From NCBI GenBank assembly GCA_963422645.2, contig CAXXVO010000005.1, forward strand, positions 96,001 to 160,000: 64,000 bases of DNA, in the 5' to 3' direction. The DNA comes from Alphaproteobacteria bacterium (GTDB lineage: Bacteria; Pseudomonadota; Alphaproteobacteria; UBA828). The notes below the pieces were generated by a model. It searched no databases and had not been told where the DNA came from. It saw nothing but the letters and a program-made list of their open reading frames with translations. Numbering within the stretch: the first letter of the stretch is position 1; every line of letters starts with the position of its first letter. This document shows positions 28,328 to 37,929 of the stretch, piece after piece. The translations under genes were made by a program, and so were the position numbers.

Positions 28328-29470
28328 CTAGTCCGCCGCCCGCCGGGACCCGAGGGAGGGCTGAACCGGCGCGCGGCCGCGATAGGGGACAAGGCCGACG
28401 ATCATCTCGAACAGGCCGGCAATCCCCTTCGGCAGGAAGCGCACGACGACGATGAAAATCGTGCCGAGGATCACGAACCAGGCAGCCTGGAACGCGTCGC
28501 CCACGTAGCTCTGGATCGTGTTGATGAAGATGGCGCCGAAGATCGCGCCGAAGAGCGAGAGCCTGCCGCCGACGGCGGCCCAGATCACCATGGTGATGCT
28601 GAAGAAGATCTCGAGCGCGGTCGGCGAGACGTACTGGACGATCATCACCCAGACGATTCCCGCGATCGCGGCGATGAGGCCGGAGATCGTGAACACCGTC
28701 ACCTGATAGAAGGCGACGTTGTAGCCGAGGAAGCGCGCTCGTTCGGGGTCGTCTCGTATCGCCTGAATTATGGTGCCGAACTTGCTCGCGAGCAGCGCCT
28801 TGGTCCCGAGCGTGAGCGCGGCCAGAACACCGAGCGCCACCCAGTAGATCATGCTGCTGTAGGGGTCGACCTCGACACCGAACGCGTGGAACGCACTGGG
28901 CGGGGAAATGCCGTTGAAGCCCGCCGTGAAGGGCTGCATGTCGTAGGCCATGTTGTACCAGGCGCCGAGCATGGCGAGCGTCATGATGGCGACGAAGGCG
29001 CCCGCAAGACGCGCCTGGAACATCAGGATGCCGAAGATGACGAAGAAGAGGGTCGGGATTCCAAGCGCCAGGATCAGCCCGACCTCGGCATGCCAGAAGG
29101 GCTCCCACACCGTCGGCAGCTTCTCGAGCTCGTTGGTCAGCATGAAGCTCGGGATCGGGTCGTACTCCGGGTCCTGGTACTGCATCTGCATGGTGGCGCC
29201 CATGCCGTAGGCCGCCATGCCGAAGGCGATCCCCTGGCCCAGACTGAGGATGCCGCCAAAGCCCCACACCAGGCTCACCGAGAGCGCCAGCATGCCGAAG
29301 ACGCCGTAGCGCGCGAACTGGTTGAGCGCGAAGGGGTCGTCGCCCATGAAGATGGGAATTGTGGCGAGCCCGCCGAAGGCAACGACGTACACCGCCCACT
29401 GCGCGCGCTTGTCGTGATAGAGGTTGTGCCGCTGCTCCGTCGGCGCCAGTTTCAACCTGTCCAACAGCAT
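28328..29470 (-). CDS. urtC: Urea/short amide ABC permease
   Basis: LVWGFGGILSLGQ, AIRDD..RARFLGY, IWAAVGGR. Confidence 0.88.
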   Translation of the reverse strand: MLLDRLKLAPTEQRHNLYHDKRAQWAVYVVAFGGLATIPIFMGDDPFALNQFARYGVFGMLALSVSLVWGFGGILSLGQGIAFGMAAYGMGATMQMQYQDPEYDPIPSFMLTNELEKLPTVWEPFWHAEVGLILALGIPTLFFVIFGILMFQARLAGAFVAIMTLAMLGAWYNMAYDMQPFTAGFNGISPPSAFHAFGVEVDPYSSMIYWVALGVLAALTLGTKALLASKFGTIIQAIRDDPERARFLGYNVAFYQVTVFTISGLIAAIAGIVWVMIVQYVSPTALEIFFSITMVIWAAVGGRLSLFGAIFGAIFINTIQSYVGDAFQAAWFVILGTIFIVVVRFLPKGIAGLFEMIVGLVPYRGRAPVQPSLGSRRAAD

Positions 29471-29484
29471 GACGCTCGCCTGCC

Positions 29485-30387
29485 CTAGCGCCGCGCCATG
29501 CTGGGCGCGAAGATCCCCTGCGGACGGAAGCGCAGGAAGATCACGATCAGGATGAAGAGCACGAAGCGGGCGAAGGTGTCGTTGGTGAAGTAGGAGAAGA
29601 TCGAGAACATCTCGCCCATGATGCCGGCGGTCGCCAGGCTGCCGAAGAGCTCGCCGCCGCCCGTCACCACCACCAGGAAGGCCTCGACCACGTAGCCCAG
29701 CCCCATGTCCGGGAAGATCGTCTTGAGGCCCGCGAACATCGAGCCAGAGATTCCGGCAAGGCCCGCCCCATAGGCGAAGGTGAGGCCGTACACCCGGCTC
29801 GAATTGATGCCGAAGGACGCCGCCATTTGCGGGTTCTGCATGACCGCGCGGACCTGGATTCCAATATTGGTCTTGAACAGGATCGCCCAGGTCATGGCGA
29901 CCAGCACCAGCGCTCCGAAGAAGATGAAGATCCTGATCCACGGCACATGCACGAAGTCGATCGTCATCACGCTCGTCAGCCAATCGGGCACGGCGACGTA
30001 CTGCGGCTCGCCGCCGAAGATCAGCCGGATGCTCTGGACGAAGACCAAGGAAACGCCCCATGTCGCGAGGAGCGTGTCCAATGGTCGATCGTACAAATGT
30101 CGTATGAGTCCGCGCTCGACCAGCCAGCCGATGAAGCCGACGATAACGAACGAAATTGGCAGGCACAGAAGCCAGGGGACCCCGCCCAAAAACTGGAGCA
30201 TCCAGGTGAAGTACGCGCCCAGCATGATGAACTCGCCATGGGCCATGTTGATGACGCCCATGGTGCCGTAAATGATGGTGAGCCCGAGAGCCGCGACCAG
30301 CCAGATGCTGGCGAGGCTGAGCCCGATAATCAGCGCATTAATGAACGGTTCTGCGGCGAAGGGTGTCCAGAAATCGTGGACGCTCAT
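29485..30387 (-). CDS. urtB: Urea/short amide ABC permease
   Basis: GVINMAHGEFIMLGAY, LYDRPLDTLLATWG, RPQGIF. Confidence 0.9.
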   Translation of the reverse strand: MSVHDFWTPFAAEPFINALIIGLSLASIWLVAALGLTIIYGTMGVINMAHGEFIMLGAYFTWMLQFLGGVPWLLCLPISFVIVGFIGWLVERGLIRHLYDRPLDTLLATWGVSLVFVQSIRLIFGGEPQYVAVPDWLTSVMTIDFVHVPWIRIFIFFGALVLVAMTWAILFKTNIGIQVRAVMQNPQMAASFGINSSRVYGLTFAYGAGLAGISGSMFAGLKTIFPDMGLGYVVEAFLVVVTGGGELFGSLATAGIMGEMFSIFSYFTNDTFARFVLFILIVIFLRFRPQGIFAPSMARR

Positions 30388-30541
30388 GAATTGAGTCTCG
30401 CCTCTCTCCCTGTTGAGGCCCTGCCGGCGGTGCCCCGCGAGCACGAGCCCGGGAGGTCAGCCGACCGCCGCCCCCCACCGGGGAACGGCGGGGCGGAGGA
30501 ACTCTTCCCCCGCCCCGACACTATCAGATCGATCAGGTCTC

Positions 30542-31885
30542 TTACAGAACGTCCTTCTGGACCGAGCCGTCCGGACGGTGCAGGCCGTCGGCCTTGCAGA
30601 CGCCGCGCTCGGGATAGATCGCGTAGGGATCCGGCCCGACGTGCTCGTCGGCCTGGCGCACGATGGTGAACTGACCGTCCGCACCGCACTGGCCGATCTT
30701 GGGCTTGAGCCAGATGTTGAAGTTGTCCGGATCGATCCAGACCTTGCCCTCCGGGCTTTCCTCCGCGGTCAGCCCCACCGGGCCCTGGTCGCGCCAGTTG
30801 CCGCTCACGTCGCGGATCATGCGCGGCGTGATGGCTTCCCAGTCGCCGCCGGTCTCTTCGAGGGCCCGCTCGACACCCCTCTTCCACACGTAGATCCCGA
30901 GATAGGTCTCTTCCATGTTGTAGTGGGTGACGCCGCCGCCGCCGTACTGGCTTCCGAGATAACCCTCAACGAACTTCTCGTTGGTCGGGTTCTGCAGGGT
31001 CTGGAAGTAAGGCGCAGACAGGAAGTGACCGGCGCCGGCTTCGTTGCCCATGGCGCGGGTCTCGATCTCACCGGTGGTAAGCGATGCGATCGGCGTCTTG
31101 TCGGACTTGAAGCCTTCCTGCAGGAACTGCCGGTGCAGCGCGATGTCGGAGTCACCGACCACCGTCGACATGATCCAGTCGGGCTGCTGCTGGCGGATCT
31201 TGTTGAAGACCGGCGCGAACTCGGAGCCGCCGAGGGGGATGTAGTCCTCGCCCAGCACCTCGCCGCCGGCCCGCTCCAGCCAGACCTTGACGTTCTTGTT
31301 GGACTCTTTCGGCCAGATGTAGTTGGAGCCGACCAGATAGGTCTTGGGGCCGAAGTTCTCCACCATGAAGGGCACCAGGTCATAGGAGTGCTGGTTCGCC
31401 AGCGGCCCGGTGTTGATGATGTTCTGCATGCACTCCCGGCCCTCGTAGCAGGTCGGGTAGTAGTAGAGGTGGTCCCACTTCATCACGATCGGCATGACCG
31501 CACGCCGGCTCGCCGAGGTGTAGCTGCCATGCACCGACACCACGCGGTCCCGGAGGATCAGCTGCGTGATCTTCTCGGAATAGACCTTGATGTCGGACTT
31601 GGCGTCGACCACCACCGGCTCGACCATCTTGCCGGCGATGCCGCCCGCCGCATTGATCTCGTCGATCGCGTAGAGCGAGACCTGGGTCGAATCGTTCTCG
31701 ACGACCGAAAGGTTGCCTGTCTGCGACCAGAGCAGGCCGACCTTGATGTCTTCGTCGTTGTAGATCCAGGGCTTCGCGCCCCAGGCCTGCCCGAAATCCT
31801 TGACGTAGATGTGGGGGAAGGTGGCCGCGATGCCGGCCGTCCCCGCCAACGCTCCCTTAAGAATGGTCCGTCTGTTGACACGCAT
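30542..31885 (-). CDS. urtA: Urea/amide ABC substrate-binding protein (AmiC/UrtA/FmdD family) with a Tat signal
   Basis: NRRTILK, YTSASRRAV, YPTCYEG, GSNYIWP. Confidence 0.88.
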   Translation of the reverse strand: MRVNRRTILKGALAGTAGIAATFPHIYVKDFGQAWGAKPWIYNDEDIKVGLLWSQTGNLSVVENDSTQVSLYAIDEINAAGGIAGKMVEPVVVDAKSDIKVYSEKITQLILRDRVVSVHGSYTSASRRAVMPIVMKWDHLYYYPTCYEGRECMQNIINTGPLANQHSYDLVPFMVENFGPKTYLVGSNYIWPKESNKNVKVWLERAGGEVLGEDYIPLGGSEFAPVFNKIRQQQPDWIMSTVVGDSDIALHRQFLQEGFKSDKTPIASLTTGEIETRAMGNEAGAGHFLSAPYFQTLQNPTNEKFVEGYLGSQYGGGGVTHYNMEETYLGIYVWKRGVERALEETGGDWEAITPRMIRDVSGNWRDQGPVGLTAEESPEGKVWIDPDNFNIWLKPKIGQCGADGQFTIVRQADEHVGPDPYAIYPERGVCKADGLHRPDGSVQKDVL

Positions 31886-32040
31886 GTTCGAGGTCTCCCT
31901 TGCATTTCGCCGATGTCACAACGCCCAGGGGGCAGATCACGCCCCCCGCCGCCGCTGCGACGACCGGATTCGTCCGCGCTCGCGGCAGTCTCCCTTGTCC
32001 AACGAAAATGTCAACAGAGCGACTGGCTATCCACGGCATT

Positions 32041-32076
32041 TACGAATTTCGGCCTCAGTGGCTACGAAATTCGTAG
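32041..32076. promoter_or_regulatory. Candidate operator upstream of the urt-dmf operon
   Basis: TACGAATTTC-N15-GAAATTCGTA perfect inverted repeat; the right arm lies in the palindrome CTACGAA-A-TTCGTAG. Confidence 0.5.
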
Positions 32077-32176
32077 GGTAGACCATGTCTGCGGGTCTGC
32101 GGGCGGTTGCGTTCTACTCGCTCGCTTGGAATCATTGGCGCCGACCAGCGACAGCGGCGACGAGAGGAGCAGGGCC

Positions 32177-32308
32177 ATGAACCCAAAATCCAAGCGCATT
32201 CTTCAGCTCTGCGCCGACAACGTGTTCTGGGTGTTTCTGGCCCTGATGATCGTCCTCGGCTCCGCCCTGGATACGCCGCTGATCAACGTCGGGCTGACGG
32301 CCCGCTGA
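32177..32308 (+). CDS. 43-aa single-TM small protein
   Basis: GAGAGGAG RBS; MNPKSKRILQLCADNVFWVFLALMIVLGSALDTPLINVGLTAR. Confidence 0.55.
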   Translation: MNPKSKRILQLCADNVFWVFLALMIVLGSALDTPLINVGLTAR

Positions 32309-32399
32309 GCGCCGCTGCAGGTCGCGCGCCGGAGGTGAGGGCCGCGCCGACGCCGGGGTCGAGAGGGCACCGAAGCGCCCTGACGGGGCGGCGAACACG

Positions 32400-33671
32400 A
32401 TGAGCCGGCGAGCGAGACGACGGCAGTCTGCGGCCAGCGCCGGTCGCACCCGCGCCGGCAATCCGGCCGCCCCCCACGCGGACGTCCTCGCCCGCGCGGT
32501 GCGACACATGAAGGAAGGCCGCCCGCACAGGGCGGATCAGCTCCTCTCCAAGCTGCTGGCAGGCGATGGGGCCGAGGACCCGAGCGTCCTGCACTATGCC
32601 GGCATCGCCCGCTACCGTTGCAGCCGATTCGACGAGGCGGCTGCGCTGCTGCGCCAGGCGACCGAGGCGGCGCCGACCTATGCCGAAGCGCACAACAGCC
32701 TCGGCATCCTCCTCCTCGAGACCGGGCAGGACTCCGAGGCCCGCGCTGTGCTTGAGCGCGCTGTGGCGCTCCGCCCCGACTACGCCAACGCTCACACCAA
32801 TCTCGGCAACGCGCTGAGCACGGCCGGTGCGTTGGAAGAAGCGGCGACGGCCTACCGCAGGGCCATCGCCCTCGACCCTTACGACCTGCAGGCGCACCAC
32901 CGGCTGGCGTGGACCCATCTCGCCCTCGGCGCGGTGGACCAGGCCCTCGCCGCCTGCGCCAGCGCGCTCGTCATCGACCCCTTCTGCCAGAACGCGCTGG
33001 CGACCTGCGCGCTCGCCGAGCAATTCGCGGGTGATGGCGACGCCGGCAGCGGGCTCTATGACTTCGACCGCTTCGTGACCCGGGTCTCCCTCACGCCGCC
33101 GCCCGGCAGCGGCGACATCGACACCTTCAACGAGGCGCTCGCAACCGCCGTTCGCGAGGCGCCCTCCCTGGTCTGGGAGCCTCCCAACCGCGTGACCCGC
33201 AACGGTGCGGTGACACAGGACCTGCTGGCCGCGCCGAGCCCACCCATCCGCAACCTGGAGCGCGCACTGCGTGCCGCGATCGACGCCTACCGGGAGACAC
33301 TCAGGGCGGACCCGGAGAGCCCCTTCCTCGCCCGCATCCCCCGGCGCTACCGGCTCACGCTGATCGCCTCCATCTTGACCGCGGGCGGCCGGCACCCGCC
33401 GCACATTCACGAGGGCGCGTGGCTGAGCGGGGTCTATTACGTCACTGTGCCCCCACAAATTGGTGCCGAGAGCACCGACCGCGGCGGCTGGCTCGAGTTC
33501 GGCCGTCCCGACCACGACCCGCCGGAAGGGAGCACCTTCCGCTGCGCCAGCCTCTCCCCCCGCGCCGGCACGGCGCTGCTTTTCCCCTCCTATGTCTTTC
33601 ACGGGACGCTGCCCTTCGACGGGCCGGGCGAGCGTATCGGCATCGCCTTCGACGCCTATCCTGAGCCCTAA
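32400..33671 (+). CDS. TPR-repeat protein fused to a putative 2OG-Fe(II) oxygenase
   Basis: AEAHNSLG and ANAHTNLG TPRs; HPPHIH..AWLSGVYYV, LLFPSYVFHGTLPF, RIGIAFD. Confidence 0.88.
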   Translation: MSRRARRRQSAASAGRTRAGNPAAPHADVLARAVRHMKEGRPHRADQLLSKLLAGDGAEDPSVLHYAGIARYRCSRFDEAAALLRQATEAAPTYAEAHNSLGILLLETGQDSEARAVLERAVALRPDYANAHTNLGNALSTAGALEEAATAYRRAIALDPYDLQAHHRLAWTHLALGAVDQALAACASALVIDPFCQNALATCALAEQFAGDGDAGSGLYDFDRFVTRVSLTPPPGSGDIDTFNEALATAVREAPSLVWEPPNRVTRNGAVTQDLLAAPSPPIRNLERALRAAIDAYRETLRADPESPFLARIPRRYRLTLIASILTAGGRHPPHIHEGAWLSGVYYVTVPPQIGAESTDRGGWLEFGRPDHDPPEGSTFRCASLSPRAGTALLFPSYVFHGTLPFDGPGERIGIAFDAYPEP

Positions 33672-33792
33672 GGCCAAGTTAAGGGTCTTTGTACGGCATT
33701 CCGTCACGCCCCTATCACGGCGTTACCGCGCGGGCGGACAGAACAGGCCCCAAACCGAGGTCGTGTCCCCAAGCGTGGAGTTAGATACAAAC

Positions 33793-35564
33793 AAAACAGT
33801 CATGGTCCCCGCGGTTCTGAGCCACCCCGTGGCATGAAACAGGAGCGGTTCGGCTGACGTTTTCCTTGCGCTTGCACCCATTTGCCGTGTCAGGATGGGT
33901 ATTGGCGGAGGTGGGGACGTGTGAGCGTCGTTATATCGGTGACGTAGTTCCCGATGACAAAACTGCTTCCGGCGGCCGGCTCCGCACCCCGTATTGTACC
34001 CGGCCCGTGGCCGTGGACGCGCGGCAAATTGCACCGCACCCGCTCGTCGGATGCGTGTTCTTCCGACCGCTGTCCCCGCCTCCACCGTGGCGATGCCACG
34101 GCGTGATCGTACGCCGCCGTGGCGAGAGCGCAAATGAGGAGGAAGGCGATGAAGACGGAAGGCTTGCACGTCGTCCGGCCGCGCGCGGCGGGTCTGGACG
34201 TGCACAAGATGGAGATCACCGCGACGGTTCGCCTCTGTGAGGGCGAGGGTGAGCCGGTGGTGGAGACGCGCTGCTTCGGCACGCTGCCGAGCGGTCTGGA
34301 GGAGATGGTCGCGTGGCTGACCGGTCACGGCGTCGAGGCTGCGGTGATGGAAGGGACCGGGGTCTACTGGCAGGCGCCCTTCGCGGCCCTGGAGGCGGCC
34401 GGGCTCGAGGCGATCCTGGTGCATGCGCGTCAGGTGAAGCAGTTGAAGGGGCGCAAGACCGACGTGGCGGACAGCGTGTGGCTGGCCTGCGTGTGCCAGT
34501 TCGGGCTCTGCACGCCTTCCCACGTTCCGCCTGAGCCGTTCCGGGAGCTGCGCGCACTGAGCCGCCAGCGCCGCGTCCTGGTCAGGCAGCGCTCCGCCGT
34601 GCGCAACCGCGTGCAGAAGATCATCGACCGCGCCGGTGCGCGCATCGGCGGCATCCTCTCCGACGTCTTCGGCGTCAACGGCCGGAAGATCCTCGACGGC
34701 CTGGCGCAGGGGACGGCGCGCGAGGTCATCCTCGCCTCGCTCACCAGCCACGTTGCGAACAAGCTGGAGGGGCTCGGCGAGGCGCTCACCCTGAGCCTGG
34801 GCGACAACGACCGCTTCATGCTCAACGACCTGCTGGAGGAGCATGACGCGCTTGAGGCGCGCATCGCGTCCTACACCAGGAAGATCGACGGGCAGATGAC
34901 ACCGTGGGAGGAGCAGCTCCGTCTGCTGACCACCATCCCCGGCATCGACCGCACCGCCGCCTCGACCATCCTCATCGAGATCGGCCCCGACATCGGCGTG
35001 TTCGCCTCCAAGGAGCACTTCGCCGCCTGGGCCGGGCTCTGCCCCGGCAACAACGAGAGCGGGGGCAAGCGCCGCAACGCACGCACCCGCATGGGCTCCA
35101 AGACCCTGCGCGCCTGCCTCGTCGAGTGTGCCCACGGCGCGGCCCGAACCAAGGGGTGCCAGTTCGAGGCTCATCACCGCGCCCTCGCCGCCCGGCGCGG
35201 CTACAAGCGCGCCATCGTCGCCGGCGCTCACAAGATGCTGCGCATCATCTATGTGGTGCTCAAGACCGGCAGGCCCTACTACGACCGCACGGCCGACTAC
35301 GACGCTCTGATGGTCAAGCGCAACGCTCCTCGGTGGATCCGCATGCTCCGCCGCTACGGCTACATCGAGCCCGTAGGCGCGGAACTCAAGGCCGCCTGAG
35401 CGGCCCGCATCTCGTCAGCCGGCTACGCGGGACCGCTTCGGACCACATCGGGGAAGTCCACCGCTCGTCTCCGCCGCGCCGACCCTGGCGGTCTCAGCCA
35501 ACGCCGTGACCTCGGGGTTGGAGCGTCACCGCGCGTCCCTCGCCAGAATCTGTTTCACGGCAAA
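33793..35564 (+). mobile_element. IS110-family element 1, copy A
   Basis: Appears identical to 45073-46844; bounded by an A-rich core (CAAAA|CAGT...CACGGC|AAA); no terminal inverted repeat. Confidence 0.93.
34149..35399 (+). CDS. IS110 DEDD recombinase
   Basis: GLDVHK, MEGTGVYW, RKTDVADS, TIPGI, GLCPGNNESGGK. Confidence 0.95.
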   Translation: MKTEGLHVVRPRAAGLDVHKMEITATVRLCEGEGEPVVETRCFGTLPSGLEEMVAWLTGHGVEAAVMEGTGVYWQAPFAALEAAGLEAILVHARQVKQLKGRKTDVADSVWLACVCQFGLCTPSHVPPEPFRELRALSRQRRVLVRQRSAVRNRVQKIIDRAGARIGGILSDVFGVNGRKILDGLAQGTAREVILASLTSHVANKLEGLGEALTLSLGDNDRFMLNDLLEEHDALEARIASYTRKIDGQMTPWEEQLRLLTTIPGIDRTAASTILIEIGPDIGVFASKEHFAAWAGLCPGNNESGGKRRNARTRMGSKTLRACLVECAHGAARTKGCQFEAHHRALAARRGYKRAIVAGAHKMLRIIYVVLKTGRPYYDRTADYDALMVKRNAPRWIRMLRRYGYIEPVGAELKAA

Positions 35565-35725
35565 ATAGTTGGAGTGAGTCACGGTAACTACCCAGGTACC
35601 CCAATCCTGAGTTGAGGACGGTGATTATGGCGGCGGCCGCGGCCTGGTTCTGCCACCGCGATTGGTTCTTGACCTCATAGAGTTGCGGGACTATGGACTG
35701 CTCTCTCGCGTGACGGGAGCGGTCC

Positions 35726-36391
35726 ATGGGGTATTTCGGCTCGAAGGCGACAGCAGGTCTGTGCCAAGCGCTGATTGCGCTGATGCCGCCGCACTCCGTC
35801 TACATCGAAAGCCACCTTGGGGGCGGGGCGCTGATGAAGCGCAAGCCGCCGGCCGTGCGTTCGATCGGCATCGACCGCGATGCGCAGGCGCTCGAGGCCT
35901 TCGTCTGCGACTACCCGGTCGATCTGGTTCACGGCTGTGCCCATGACTTCCTGGCCTCGTTCCCGTTCCTGGGCCCGGAGCTGGTTTACAGCGATCCGCC
36001 CTATCTGCACGCGACCCGCCGCTCGGCGCAGCGCTACCGCTTCGAGTACGAGGAGGCCGGCCACGTCGCGCTTCTCGCGCTGCTCAAGGCTCTGCCCTGC
36101 CAGGTCATGATCTCGGGCCATCCGTCGGCGCTCTATGACGAGGTGCTGGCGGGATGGCGCCGGCTGGCGCTGCAGGTCACGACCCAGGGTCTGGTGCGAA
36201 CCGAGGTCGTCTGGTTCAACTACGCCCCCGACCGGATGCATTGGGCCAGCCACGCAGGCCGGAACTTCACCGACCGCCAGCGCATCAAGCGCAAGGCAGC
36301 CAACTGGGGCCGGCGCTACCAGGCCTTGCCGCCGGGCGAACGCCTCGCCGTGCTCGCCGCCATGATGGCCGTCGAGGCCGAAGACACGTGA
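35726..36391 (+). CDS. Short D12/Dam-like N6-adenine DNA methyltransferase
   Basis: YFGSK (motif X), YIESHLGGGA (motif I), GID, YSDPPY (motif IV), MISG, EVVWFNY. Confidence 0.85.
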   Translation: MGYFGSKATAGLCQALIALMPPHSVYIESHLGGGALMKRKPPAVRSIGIDRDAQALEAFVCDYPVDLVHGCAHDFLASFPFLGPELVYSDPPYLHATRRSAQRYRFEYEEAGHVALLALLKALPCQVMISGHPSALYDEVLAGWRRLALQVTTQGLVRTEVVWFNYAPDRMHWASHAGRNFTDRQRIKRKAANWGRRYQALPPGERLAVLAAMMAVEAEDT

Positions 36392-37929
36392 CGGTGTCGC
36401 ACTGGCACGAAGACCTCGCCGCCCGTAACGAGGCCTTCTGCTGCCTGAAGGAGCTTCTCGAGCCATCATCCCTCGCAACCACTGTCGTCGTTGCCGTCCG
36501 GGAATGGGGGCAGGGGCTGCTGCGATCAGCCACCGCGCTCGCCCGGGAAAATGCCGCACTCGAGCAGGAGAACGCGGCCCTGCGCGAGCGCATCGCCGAA
36601 CTCGAGCGCAGCGCGGCCCTCAACAGCACCACAAGCAGCAAGCCCCCCGCCAGCGACGGGCTCAAGAAGAAAAGCGGAGCCCAGAGGCGCACCCAAAGCC
36701 AGCGCGGAAAGTCCGGCGGGCCCAGTGGCGGCCAGCCCGGCCACAAGGGAACCACCCTCGCGCGGAGCGACAGCCCGGACCGTGTCGTCGATCACCACCC
36801 CTCCACCTGTTCCGGCTGTGGCGTCGAGCTCTCGGACGCCGACCGGCAAGGCGCGCCCGCCTGTCGGCAGGTCTTCGACGTACCCGAGCCGCAGCCTCTC
36901 GAGGTCACCGAACACCGCGCCCATCGCTGCCTCTGCGGCGCATGCGGCACGCTGACACGAGCCGCCTTCCCGCCGGGCGTCACCGCCCCGGTCCAGTACG
37001 GCCCTCGCATCACCGCTTGGGTGAGTTACCTGCTGTACGCCCAGTTCGTGCCCGAGAAGCGTCTGGCCGAACTCATGAGCGACATCTTCGCGGTGTCCAT
37101 CTCCACTGCCACGATCGCCGCCATGGGCCGGCGCACAGCGCAGCGCTTCGAGGGCTTCCTCGACCATGTCGCCGATCTGATCCGCACGCAGGCGCCGGTC
37201 AAGCACCTCGACGAGACCGGCCTGCGTATCGCCGCCCGTACCCGCTGGCTCCATGTGCTGTGCACCCCGTTGCTCACCGTCCTGCGCATCGGCGAGGGAC
37301 GCGGCGATGTCGAAAAGAACCTGAAAGGCATCCTCGTCCACGACGACTTCGCCCCCTACTTCACCATCAAGGGCGTCCGCCACGGCGCCTGCAACGCACA
37401 TCACCTGCGCGAACTCCAGGCCCTGATCGACATCGAGAAGGAGGAATGGGCGGCGAGCATGCACCGCCTGCTTCAGCGCGCTCAGCGCAGGGCCGCCCGC
37501 TTCGCCCGTGAGAAAGACCGTCAAGTCCCCGCCTCCCTGGTGGCCCGCATCTCAAGGGCATGGGACCGTATCCTCGAAGAAGCCATCGCCTTCCATGAGG
37601 CCCAACCGCCGCTCCAGATCGCAAAGCGAGGGCGAAAGAAACGCCGCATCGGCCACAACCTCGCGCGCCGCCTTCAAAAGCATAAGGAGGGCTGCCTGCG
37701 CTTCCTCACCGACCTGCGCACGCCGTTCACGAATAACGAGGCGGAGCGTGACATCCGTATGAACAAAGTGCATGAGAAGATCTCAGGCGGCTTCCGCTCC
37801 CTGCAAGGCGCCTGCAACTTCGCCGGAATGCGCAGCGTCATCGTCACCGCTCGAAAGCAAGGCTGGAACATCCTGCAAATCCTGGCGCACCCGGAACCGA
37901 TGCAGCTGATCCCTATACTGCGCTCCTGA
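36388..37929 (+). CDS. tnpC: IS66 transposase
   Basis: NSTTSSKPPASD, GGQPGHKG, Zn fingers, HLDETG, CNAHHLREL, FTNNEAERDIR; GTGA overlap with the MTase stop. Confidence 0.93.
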   Translation: MTVSHWHEDLAARNEAFCCLKELLEPSSLATTVVVAVREWGQGLLRSATALARENAALEQENAALRERIAELERSAALNSTTSSKPPASDGLKKKSGAQRRTQSQRGKSGGPSGGQPGHKGTTLARSDSPDRVVDHHPSTCSGCGVELSDADRQGAPACRQVFDVPEPQPLEVTEHRAHRCLCGACGTLTRAAFPPGVTAPVQYGPRITAWVSYLLYAQFVPEKRLAELMSDIFAVSISTATIAAMGRRTAQRFEGFLDHVADLIRTQAPVKHLDETGLRIAARTRWLHVLCTPLLTVLRIGEGRGDVEKNLKGILVHDDFAPYFTIKGVRHGACNAHHLRELQALIDIEKEEWAASMHRLLQRAQRRAARFAREKDRQVPASLVARISRAWDRILEEAIAFHEAQPPLQIAKRGRKKRRIGHNLARRLQKHKEGCLRFLTDLRTPFTNNEAERDIRMNKVHEKISGGFRSLQGACNFAGMRSVIVTARKQGWNILQILAHPEPMQLIPILRS

